From the sequence record EU863409: 64,000 nucleotides of DNA. One strand, given 5' to 3'. Positions 18,749 to 27,043 of this stretch are shown here, piece by piece. The stretch's first letter is position 1; every line of letters starts with the position of its first letter. Both the position numbers and the translations under genes were made by a program. Source of the stretch: Escherichia phage JS10. Under the pieces are notes generated by a model. That model was not told the DNA's origin and searched no databases. It saw only the letters and a program-made list of their open reading frames with translations.

Positions 18749-20186
18749 AAAATTTGATAGATGCTGCTAAATCGTCTAAATCGCTTCTATTAACACGCGA
18801 CTGGCGATTGACCTCTGCTTGGCGGTTCATTTCACCTGTAGCCTCACGAACGGTGTTCACTGGGCCTGGGTTAGAATCGTCTTCAACTTCATACCAACGT
18901 TGGTTTCCTTTCTTAACACCAATCTTAAATTTGTTGTAGTAGCTCTTATCGCCATAACGAGATTTAAGCTGCTTGACCATCTGCATACCCATCTGAGCAA
19001 ACTCTTCTGTCTCGACCACGCCTAACATGAAGTCTGCAGTATGTGCAATACCAAAGGATTCAGCAATATCAGCCATATCGATTTCGGCTGCAACGTTCGC
19101 ACCACGAGTAGTCTGGGCTGCAGTCCACAACAATAATTTCTTCTCTACTGCAAGTCCGCGTAGTTCTTCGGCAACCATCTTAATCAATCCATAACTGTTT
19201 TCAGAGAAAACTTTCGTACGGGATGAAGCACAGATAGCCAAGTAGTCGACGATAACGACCTGTGGAACAAAGTTTTGTTTGAGCTTGTATTCGTTTAATA
19301 ATGCACGGAATGTATCGGCATTAGCACCACCGGTAGGATACTGTTTAATCTTTAAACGACCCAAAGTAGCAGTTGAACGCCACTTATCCATCTTAGCTTT
19401 ATATTCAGGCCATGAGACGTGACCATCATCAATATCATCCAGTGATACATCCAGAAGGTTGGCATCGATACGCTTAGCACATACTTCCTCTGCCATCTCC
19501 ATGGAGATATAAAGAACATCGTAACCGGATTGAAGGTAATCAGCAGCCAATGAACACAGACCCAGAGACTTACCTACGTTTGTTCCTGCCAACAATACGT
19601 TTTCAGTACCAAACTCAGCGCCACCCTTAGTAATCTTATTCAGAATATTAAGACGGAATGGAACCTTACGTGCTTTATCGGAATAACTTTTGAATCGTTC
19701 TTCATAGTCATCCATCCAGTCATGGCCTAATTCAGAATCGAAACAAATCGATAATGCATCACGCATGATATCTGGAATAGCACCAATACCTGGGAGTTTT
19801 CTATTTTGTTGCTCAACCGGAAGGTCGGCATTAGTTTGAATTTCAATAATTTTTGAAGTGGCATTATACATCGCTGCCTTCTGAACATATTTCTCTGTCT
19901 CTTTAACCAACCATTCTTGGTCTTCAGGGCCAGCGTTCAGTGAACTTAAAAGCTCTTTAGCTCCTTGATGTTCAACTTCTGAAAGGGTGCTGTTATCTAA
20001 TGCAATACTCAAAGCATTTTTAGAAGGCACCGCATTATATTCATTGACATGTTTTTTGATTTCTTTGAAAAGGGTCTTTGCTGGACCCTGGTCAAAATAA
20101 GAATCATTCATATAAGGCCAGACCTTAGTAAAATAATCACTATTGCCTAGCAGTTGAGCCAAAATAGTTTCTACCACTTCCACCAC
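18747..20186 (-). CDS. 41: replicative DNA helicase (DnaB-like)
   Basis: 479 aa; Walker A GTNVGKS; T4 synteny with 61 and uvsX. Confidence 0.85.
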   Translation of the reverse strand: MVEVVETILAQLLGNSDYFTKVWPYMNDSYFDQGPAKTLFKEIKKHVNEYNAVPSKNALSIALDNSTLSEVEHQGAKELLSSLNAGPEDQEWLVKETEKYVQKAAMYNATSKIIEIQTNADLPVEQQNRKLPGIGAIPDIMRDALSICFDSELGHDWMDDYEERFKSYSDKARKVPFRLNILNKITKGGAEFGTENVLLAGTNVGKSLGLCSLAADYLQSGYDVLYISMEMAEEVCAKRIDANLLDVSLDDIDDGHVSWPEYKAKMDKWRSTATLGRLKIKQYPTGGANADTFRALLNEYKLKQNFVPQVVIVDYLAICASSRTKVFSENSYGLIKMVAEELRGLAVEKKLLLWTAAQTTRGANVAAEIDMADIAESFGIAHTADFMLGVVETEEFAQMGMQMVKQLKSRYGDKSYYNKFKIGVKKGNQRWYEVEDDSNPGPVNTVREATGEMNRQAEVNRQSRVNRSDLDDLAASIKF

Positions 20187-20500
20187 CTCTTAGATTTAAT
20201 TTTATCCAGTTCTTCTTGTATTTGCATTGTAACACATTTTTCTACATGAAGCGCTAGCTCTTCTTTTCGGTCTTCGGAAGGCGTTCCGAAATCAACCGAC
20301 ACTTTTCCATCTTTCTCAATAACAATATTCATCACATAAACGATGTGAGCAGTGCCATCGGGTAATGTAAGCATAATTTCCTGCTTAACAGAACCCATTG
20401 ACTTACGGATTATATCTAACGATTTCTCATAATAACGAGGGTCACTAGGACCCTCTTCAGTATCTTTAACAAAATTATCTAAATCAGATAAATCAGTCAT
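20171..20500 (-). CDS. 40: gp40-like protein (by position)
   Basis: 109-aa ORF between uvsX and 41. Confidence 0.5.
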   Translation of the reverse strand: MTDLSDLDNFVKDTEEGPSDPRYYEKSLDIIRKSMGSVKQEIMLTLPDGTAHIVYVMNIVIEKDGKVSVDFGTPSEDRKEELALHVEKCVTMQIQEELDKIKSKRWWKW

Positions 20501-21665
20501 CTAAATCCATCTCTTCTAAATCGTTTTCGATATCAGCTGCGCTTTGAGTGTCGCCACTCAATTTAACTGCAACGTTCTTAGAGACACGAGAGTTAATAAG
20601 GTCGTTCACCGCATCATCGACTTCTTTAATAGAATTAATTGCACCGAGCTTATACTTATTCTCGATTGCTTCACGGAATGGAGCATGTTTAAACAGCGGT
20701 CCCCAGAACTCGACACAATCGGTAGCTTTAGCACGCCATGATTTTTCTTCTTGAACCATTTCACCCGTGGTTTCGTCAAGGAATGCACGATTATACCAAC
20801 CAGCTTTAGGTTTCACGACAAAGCCAATATCAGTAGCCATTTCGAGCAGACCACTAAATGGGTCGATACCACCTTCAAAGTTCACAGTAATTGGGAACGT
20901 TGATTTCTCTTTAACAGTACGAGATTTTTCGGCCTTCAGGGTGAAGTCATAACCAGTGAGCTCGGTACCATCTTTAACCTGACGTTTAGAGATAAAGAAT
21001 ACGGTAGAAGCAGAGTACAGAATACCAGTACCACCACCCATAATCTCTTTAGGATACATTCCACCAATTTCCATAGCCGTATGGTTAATTGCTACACAAG
21101 GAATATCCTTGATAGTCAGATAAGGTGTTACGATACGGAACAGAGATTTCAGAGACTTAGCACGAGTCATATCACCTACAACTTTCTCGTTCAACGCATC
21201 TTCGGTTTCTTTCTTAGAAGCAGTGTTACCGATGGAGTCGATAAAGATAATAACCTTTTCGCCACGAGTAATTTCTTCTAATTGGTTGGTCATGTCAACC
21301 TTCAGTTGTTCGACTGACTGGATTGGTGTATGAACCACACGTTCCAGGTCAACACCCATTGAACGGAAATAAGATTCTGAAGCACCGAACTCAGAGTCAT
21401 AGAACAAGCAAATTGCGTCTGGATATTTCTTCATATATGCCGCAACCATAGTTAATCCAAACAACGTTTTAAAGTGTTTAGACGGTGCAGCAAAGATTGT
21501 CAAACCTGATTGTAAGCCTGCATTCAACGCACCGCCCAATGCAATATTAAGCATAGGAATACGAGTAGGAACTTCGTCACGACCATTAAACAATTTAGAT
21601 TTGGTCAGGTCGGCAGTCATTTTAGAAGTAGAAGCTTTAATCAAACGGGATTTTAAATCAGACAT
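20493..21665 (-). CDS. uvsX: UvsX recombinase (RecA-like)
   Basis: 390 aa; RecA-fold ATPase; T4 UvsX is about 391 aa. Confidence 0.85.
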   Translation of the reverse strand: MSDLKSRLIKASTSKMTADLTKSKLFNGRDEVPTRIPMLNIALGGALNAGLQSGLTIFAAPSKHFKTLFGLTMVAAYMKKYPDAICLFYDSEFGASESYFRSMGVDLERVVHTPIQSVEQLKVDMTNQLEEITRGEKVIIFIDSIGNTASKKETEDALNEKVVGDMTRAKSLKSLFRIVTPYLTIKDIPCVAINHTAMEIGGMYPKEIMGGGTGILYSASTVFFISKRQVKDGTELTGYDFTLKAEKSRTVKEKSTFPITVNFEGGIDPFSGLLEMATDIGFVVKPKAGWYNRAFLDETTGEMVQEEKSWRAKATDCVEFWGPLFKHAPFREAIENKYKLGAINSIKEVDDAVNDLINSRVSKNVAVKLSGDTQSAADIENDLEEMDLDD

Positions 21666-21699
21666 TATATTTTTCCATAGGCATCATTATATTTTTCTC

Positions 21700-21745
21700 A
21701 CGTTTTAAGATAGGGTAATTATATCACTTCACAGTTACAGCATTA
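21700..21745 (-). promoter_or_regulatory. possible middle (MotA-type) promoter of uvsX
   Basis: minus strand AATGCTGTAA box 12 nt upstream of a perfect TATAAT. Confidence 0.3.
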
Positions 21746-21867
21746 CTTAATTCCTCGGTTGATAGCCTTATCGACTATCTTCCGAACTTCTCGTTTCTCG
21801 AGCCACCCTAATAATAGCAAGGCTCCGAAAGAGAATAATAACAAACCTATAAAAAGCAATAGAGGAC

Positions 21868-22761
21868 CTAGCATACTACGTCCTCATAACGTGGCATTTC
21901 GTATTCAGAATGAATATTGGCACCGAAATAAATGAATTCAGCCAGACCAGGATGGAATACTAAACCTGGGTTCTCATGATAAATGATATGTGGTCTTGAT
22001 TTCAGAATTTGATAATATTCAACCTTACTCGGTTTGAATTTAATAATCTCTACATCAGGACGATAGTCTTCGCGCTTAAATGAATCATTCGGGTCGGTGA
22101 TATAAAGACGAGCACCTTCAGCGGCAGCTTGGTCTACAACTCTTTCGAATTGATAGCACTTATCCGAAATACGGAATGGATGGAAAATACCATCAATTTT
22201 AATAGGCGCTAGACCTTCAGAGTAACGCTCAATTACTGCAGGATTAATTACCTTTTGGTCTACAAAAATCTTATCAGAGGATGCACCTCGTGACACCAGG
22301 ACGTCTTTCTGGCATTGATTCAGGACTGTAGTATAAAGTGAACGTTCAACCGAAGCCACATCAATATCAATGAACTCGTCGATATAATAACGAGGAACTT
22401 CAGGGTCCATTGTGATATTAAAGTTGAATTGTACAGTGTGAGCACCATCATAACCGGTGATATCGGTTACCAGTCCTGAGCAATCGTAGTATTCGATTAG
22501 TGAATCGACTACAAACTCATTTTCAGACCAGAAATGTTTACGGGTTTCATAAGCATTTTCTTTATACCAAAGTGGTACGAAATTCAGTTCTGGGAATAAT
22601 TCAATGCATTCTTTGATATCGCTCGAATTTCTAGGATAAGCCAGATAATCACCTGGACGAGCACGATTTAAATGGAGTTGAAAATTACCGTCCTTAAGGA
22701 CGGCATATTCACCTGTTTCGTAACTACGCATACTGAAAATAGGAACGATAAACAAACTCAT
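21868..22761 (-). CDS. hypothetical protein at the T4 beta-glucosyltransferase locus; candidate DNA-sugar transferase
   Basis: 297 aa; sits between uvsX and gene 42 where T4 has bgt, but does not resemble T4 bgt. Confidence 0.5.
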   Translation of the reverse strand: MSLFIVPIFSMRSYETGEYAVLKDGNFQLHLNRARPGDYLAYPRNSSDIKECIELFPELNFVPLWYKENAYETRKHFWSENEFVVDSLIEYYDCSGLVTDITGYDGAHTVQFNFNITMDPEVPRYYIDEFIDIDVASVERSLYTTVLNQCQKDVLVSRGASSDKIFVDQKVINPAVIERYSEGLAPIKIDGIFHPFRISDKCYQFERVVDQAAAEGARLYITDPNDSFKREDYRPDVEIIKFKPSKVEYYQILKSRPHIIYHENPGLVFHPGLAEFIYFGANIHSEYEMPRYEDVVC

Positions 22762-23456
22762 TTCAGGAAACCTCGGACGTAGTCAAAATCACGTTCAAAC
22801 ACGTGTGCACTTACCATGGTGTGAGAATATGTACCTAAACCGACACCACACTGTTCAGCAATAAATGCCATCAGTTTACCCTGCAGATAGAAATCCAGCT
22901 GCATAACAACAGCACAGTTTTGTGAACGCATATGGGTGTGTGCATACAAACGTCCGTCACGAATATAATACGTTACCGAATCGGTGCACGGATATTCTAA
23001 GGATTCGTCAGAATCAAGGAGGGCTTGGTCTTGTTCTTGGAGAATCTGGAACACAACTCTTCGCGAGTTAGCCTTTTCTTTAAGCTCTTTAAGTAGGGCT
23101 GGGAGTTGGGCCACAATTCGAGGTCCATAGAAAGTGTTGAAGTTTGCAGGCAATACGTCACTTTTCGGCTTATCAATGAACTTAGCAACATTAGGATATT
23201 CCTTAAATGCTTCGGCGGCGTCAGTACCACCAGAAATCATAAATTTCCAAAAGGATTCGGCATATTCATAACTAATACGATTGATACGTGGGTCGGTGAA
23301 TTTATAGGTGCTTGCATCCAGTACTTCTACAGAAGCAGAACCAATTTCATAACAACGTCCGATACGAGAATCAACTGCAAACTGTGGAGCTTCCAGGATT
23401 TCTTCGTTCATTTGTTTAAATGCATTTTCAAAACTAACAGCGGTAATGTGTTTCAT
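22758..23456 (-). CDS. 42: dCMP hydroxymethylase (thymidylate-synthase fold)
   Basis: 232 aa; NSRRVVFQ...THMRSQNCAVVMQLDFY...HVFERDF align with T4 gp42 blocks. Confidence 0.8.
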   Translation of the reverse strand: MKHITAVSFENAFKQMNEEILEAPQFAVDSRIGRCYEIGSASVEVLDASTYKFTDPRINRISYEYAESFWKFMISGGTDAAEAFKEYPNVAKFIDKPKSDVLPANFNTFYGPRIVAQLPALLKELKEKANSRRVVFQILQEQDQALLDSDESLEYPCTDSVTYYIRDGRLYAHTHMRSQNCAVVMQLDFYLQGKLMAFIAEQCGVGLGTYSHTMVSAHVFERDFDYVRGFLK

Positions 23457-23989
23457 TTATTCACCTTATTTTCAATATATTCGTTCAGACGTTTTAATTC
23501 TACCATATCAACATTAAGCAAATTATTATGGCCGTCATGATTTAAGATTTTAAACACGTTTTCAAAACATGTTTCGTATTGCCGGATAGTTAGGTTGAAC
23601 TCATCTTTGGTTAATTTAATAAGGTCGTCTTCGAAGTCTTCGTCTAATGGATTACGAGTTAAAATAACCTCGATAACGTTAAATTCGGATTTAAACCCTT
23701 TCCAATCTTCCAGTTCTACATAAGGGTCCATTTCACCACGAAGGAATCCTGAGTAAACAATATTACTTGGATAACCACGGTCAAGGATATAAACGAAATT
23801 AGGGTCTAAAAACTTATACAGAGTTTCAACTAAAGCCTTATCGTTATCGGTTCCTAATGAAATACACTTGCCATTAATCTTTTTAGGAAAATCAATAAGG
23901 CGGTATTTCTTATTGGATAACAGATTTTTAATTAAAGTGGACTTCCCGGAATTATCCGGGCCGTCTATAACAATGATTTTTGGATTCAT
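23453..23989 (-). CDS. P-loop kinase, thymidylate-kinase-like
   Basis: 178 aa; Walker A IVIDGPDNSGKST typical of Tmk/dNK-type kinases. Confidence 0.55.
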   Translation of the reverse strand: MNPKIIVIDGPDNSGKSTLIKNLLSNKKYRLIDFPKKINGKCISLGTDNDKALVETLYKFLDPNFVYILDRGYPSNIVYSGFLRGEMDPYVELEDWKGFKSEFNVIEVILTRNPLDEDFEDDLIKLTKDEFNLTIRQYETCFENVFKILNHDGHNNLLNVDMVELKRLNEYIENKVNK

Positions 23990-24384
23990 GGATGATAGGC
24001 CTTATAACTATCAAGAGTTCCTTCACGAACCATTTCTTTAAAGTGGTCAGGACGGATTGCTCGGTCATCGATGATAAAAGTATAACTCGGCTTGTGTGTA
24101 AGCAAATTGTGATATTTCAATCCAATTTTTTCAAGGTTCTTAACCAATGCAGGAACTACTTCAACCAAGATTCGACCTGGGCCACATGAAGTCATGCCAC
24201 GGGCGGTGAACAATGTAATCTCGTACCCTTCATCATAAAGCTTATTAATCATGGACACCATTTCGGTGTCCGGTTTAAAGTTCTCATAATCACGGTCATG
24301 GTTCCAAATCGTGATTGTGTTATCGATATCAAAACATAAGTGTGGCTTATTTTCTACTCGATGCGACATTAAATTTTCTTCCAT
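23986..24384 (-). CDS. HAD-superfamily phosphatase
   Basis: 132 aa; motif I CFDIDNTIT (DxDxT). Confidence 0.6.
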   Translation of the reverse strand: MEENLMSHRVENKPHLCFDIDNTITIWNHDRDYENFKPDTEMVSMINKLYDEGYEITLFTARGMTSCGPGRILVEVVPALVKNLEKIGLKYHNLLTHKPSYTFIIDDRAIRPDHFKEMVREGTLDSYKAYHP

Positions 24385-26042
24385 TGTTTGTGGAGTTCAG
24401 TAGAACCTGTAGGTTTATATTTTACACCAGTTTCCTGGTCAAGCAAAACCCACTTATCAGGACAACGAGTAATAATTTGGGCCGTAATAGGGTCACGAAC
24501 TTCATCGACAAATTCACCTGTAATAAGCTTACGCTTACGAGGATGCCGCTTCAGCAGCACACTCAGTTGGTACAAACCGTTATAATAAGCACCCAGAGCT
24601 TTCAGAGGGTTATTCTTAAAGTAACCTGCCAGAGCCATCCAAATAACAGCAATCCAGAGCTTGTGCTTAAATGTGCACATAGGGATATCGTCTAAAGGCA
24701 TAACCTTTTCGATATCAACGAATACACGAGTTCCGTTACGAGTTAATCCACCCCATAGAGGGTCTGAGTTAAATTTGTCATAGCCATCGATAGAATAAAG
24801 CACCTTAGCTTCATCATAAATCGCAGGGCCTTTAGAACTATTACCGAAATAACCGCGTGGGTCGATGATTTTAATATCACCTTCGTCCGACAGCATAATA
24901 TTACTGTAGTGCGGGTCACCATGAATAAGTTGGTACGGTTCTTTATGTTCAGACAGAATTTCTAGTGCATGGCGGAGAAGTTTTTCAGGGTCGCCTACTT
25001 TGAAATCGTTAACATGGGTAATGCCTTGTGGAGCAAAGCCTTCAATCAATCCGGCAATAGAAGCATTACGAATAAGGACCTTGTCCAATACTTCTTTCTT
25101 AACATCAGAATACCATTGCTCATCGGACGGGTTATCGATAGTTCCACCGAATGAACGTAATGCACTAATGACCTTATAAACCATGAGGACTTTAGTTTCT
25201 TTGGACATAAACCGGTAGGCATCTGCCATGGTCCGACCAAAGATACGTTCCATTTTAATGAATTCGCCTGGAGAAAAGTCTACAATGCTAGGAACGAATT
25301 CAGAATCAATAGAATTATACCAATTGATTTCTTTAGATTGAATTTCTTTACCTAAATCGTTAGTTGGTACTTTAATAGCCAGATTCTCGGTGAATTCTAA
25401 TTTATTAAATTCACGGTTAATTTCAGATTCTTCATGGGCCTTAGCCAGTTTCAATTTGTCACCGACATCAACTACAAAGTCCAGTTTACGTTCAGTCAAA
25501 TAGACCATTGAATCCAGGTTATCAGCAAGGTCTTCACCGTAATTAGAACGGTCGAAACCTGTCCAATTAGCCACCTGATACAAACCAACTACACCGCCAC
25601 CGGTACCAATTTCACGTAAGTACGGTTCTTCAAATGTAAAACGACAATCGGTTCCATAAGTATAGCAGTAGTCGTTACCCCACTCAACTTTATGACCTTC
25701 AGGAATGATGTCACACCAGTTAAACAAGACATTATGACCAATGATATCTTCGGCAATGCAATCGATAGCATGAGCTGAACCATTAGCAACATCAACGTTA
25801 CGAATAGTGAATTTAGGCTTATCACCAGTAATCATGTTAATGGATTTAATATAGCCTTTAACGAGGTCGTTAAATTTGCTGTGAATAACCAGAATAATTT
25901 CATCTGATTGGTTACTATACAAATCATACAAATGCTTTAATACTGTATGTTGTTTGTAGTTAACCAATACCTTCGGGATTTCGTTAGTAATTGGGTACAA
26001 ACGTGAGCCAAGACCTGCGCCTAAAATAACAACCTTTTTCAT
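24369..26042 (-). CDS. bifunctional sugar-1-phosphate nucleotidyltransferase / APH-fold sugar kinase
   Basis: N-terminus VVILGAGLGSRL (NTP-transferase G-x-G-x-R); C-terminus HGDPHYSNIML...IIDPRGYFG (APH/choline-kinase catalytic loop); start trimmed to ATG 26040-26042 with GAGGAA RBS. Confidence 0.65.
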   Translation of the reverse strand: MKKVVILGAGLGSRLYPITNEIPKVLVNYKQHTVLKHLYDLYSNQSDEIILVIHSKFNDLVKGYIKSINMITGDKPKFTIRNVDVANGSAHAIDCIAEDIIGHNVLFNWCDIIPEGHKVEWGNDYCYTYGTDCRFTFEEPYLREIGTGGGVVGLYQVANWTGFDRSNYGEDLADNLDSMVYLTERKLDFVVDVGDKLKLAKAHEESEINREFNKLEFTENLAIKVPTNDLGKEIQSKEINWYNSIDSEFVPSIVDFSPGEFIKMERIFGRTMADAYRFMSKETKVLMVYKVISALRSFGGTIDNPSDEQWYSDVKKEVLDKVLIRNASIAGLIEGFAPQGITHVNDFKVGDPEKLLRHALEILSEHKEPYQLIHGDPHYSNIMLSDEGDIKIIDPRGYFGNSSKGPAIYDEAKVLYSIDGYDKFNSDPLWGGLTRNGTRVFVDIEKVMPLDDIPMCTFKHKLWIAVIWMALAGYFKNNPLKALGAYYNGLYQLSVLLKRHPRKRKLITGEFVDEVRDPITAQIITRCPDKWVLLDQETGVKYKPTGSTELHKQWKKI

Positions 26043-26102
26043 TATCTGTTCCTCAAGTGAATGTAGGTACATTATACACTATTTTTAATAAATTTCTATT
26101 GC

Positions 26103-26603
26103 TTAAATCTTATCTTTACCGTATTCCATGCACTGTTCTACTGCAGCAGGCACTTTGGACTTAAGCTTGTTGATTTGTTTCTTATAATCACGAGCCTTAT
26201 CGAAGCTCTCGGTTTCAAGCATTTCGTAATAACGGGCCTCGTGGACGGAAATCTGTAGATTGATATGGTTTACACACATAGAATACAGTTTCTGCTTTTT
26301 GTACAAATCATCTTGGCGCTTCATTTCTGCCTGGTGTTTGGCTAGTACCGCTTCACGCTTAGACTCTTGTTCACGTTGGAATTCGATTTCCCTTTGAGCA
26401 TATTTTGCACAGTTATTACCGCATTGATTATTAGCTCGGGTATACACAAGTCCAGAACCAGCACGGAATTTCATTTCGCCGTCGAATTGTTTCTGTTCAG
26501 CTGCGATACGAGCTTTACCAACTTCATCAGCAGAAACTGCATCACCGTATTGGACTGCGCAACCTGATAGGAGCATACTCATTGCGATAATTAACTTTTT
26601 CAT
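26103..26603 (-). CDS. putative lipoprotein
   Basis: 166 aa; signal peptide with lipobox LSGC. Confidence 0.55.
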   Translation of the reverse strand: MKKLIIAMSMLLSGCAVQYGDAVSADEVGKARIAAEQKQFDGEMKFRAGSGLVYTRANNQCGNNCAKYAQREIEFQREQESKREAVLAKHQAEMKRQDDLYKKQKLYSMCVNHINLQISVHEARYYEMLETESFDKARDYKKQINKLKSKVPAAVEQCMEYGKDKI

Positions 26604-26610
26604 AATATCC

Positions 26611-26748
26611 TCAATTAAAACAGTTATACTTAATTTGTGCTATAAGAATAATCCATCCCATGATTAATGTTGGAATCATTGGAGGAATTGCCACTGCCCA
26701 ATAAACAGTAAAGGCGGCCATTATAAGAAATAAAATAATTATCTTCAT
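26611..26748 (-). CDS. small membrane protein (45 aa)
   Basis: MKIIILFLIMAAFTVYWAVAIPP...; ATGA start/stop overlap with next gene; below track cutoff. Confidence 0.4.
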   Translation of the reverse strand: MKIIILFLIMAAFTVYWAVAIPPMIPTLIMGWIILIAQIKYNCFN

Positions 26749-26981
26749 TGTTTAACGATAATGATTTGTGCGTTTGATTTACGTTCAGCGACGATAGCCC
26801 AGATTAAAGCCACTACCCAACCAATCATCGTCCACCCTAACAGGAGATTAAGGAAGAAGATTCCGACATTGCTACGAGTGCCTCGCAGAAGAGCCAGAAT
26901 CCATGGTAAAAAGTAACCAATGAACATAATAACCAGAGAACCGAATCCTAAAACACCAGCACTAACGATTAAAGCTTCCAT
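26745..26981 (-). CDS. membrane protein, Imm-like by position
   Basis: 78 aa, two hydrophobic helices; T4 imm lies between 42 and 43. Confidence 0.45.
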   Translation of the reverse strand: MEALIVSAGVLGFGSLVIMFIGYFLPWILALLRGTRSNVGIFFLNLLLGWTMIGWVVALIWAIVAERKSNAQIIIVKQ

Positions 26982-26998
26982 TATAATTTCCTCATGTA

Positions 26999-27041
26999 GT
27001 TGATAGGAAGAATAATACCACGTTCCATGTGGTATGTAAAC
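26999..27041 (-). promoter_or_regulatory. early-promoter cassette
   Basis: gttgataggaagaataata...gtaaac. Confidence 0.5.
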
Positions 27042-27043
27042 AC

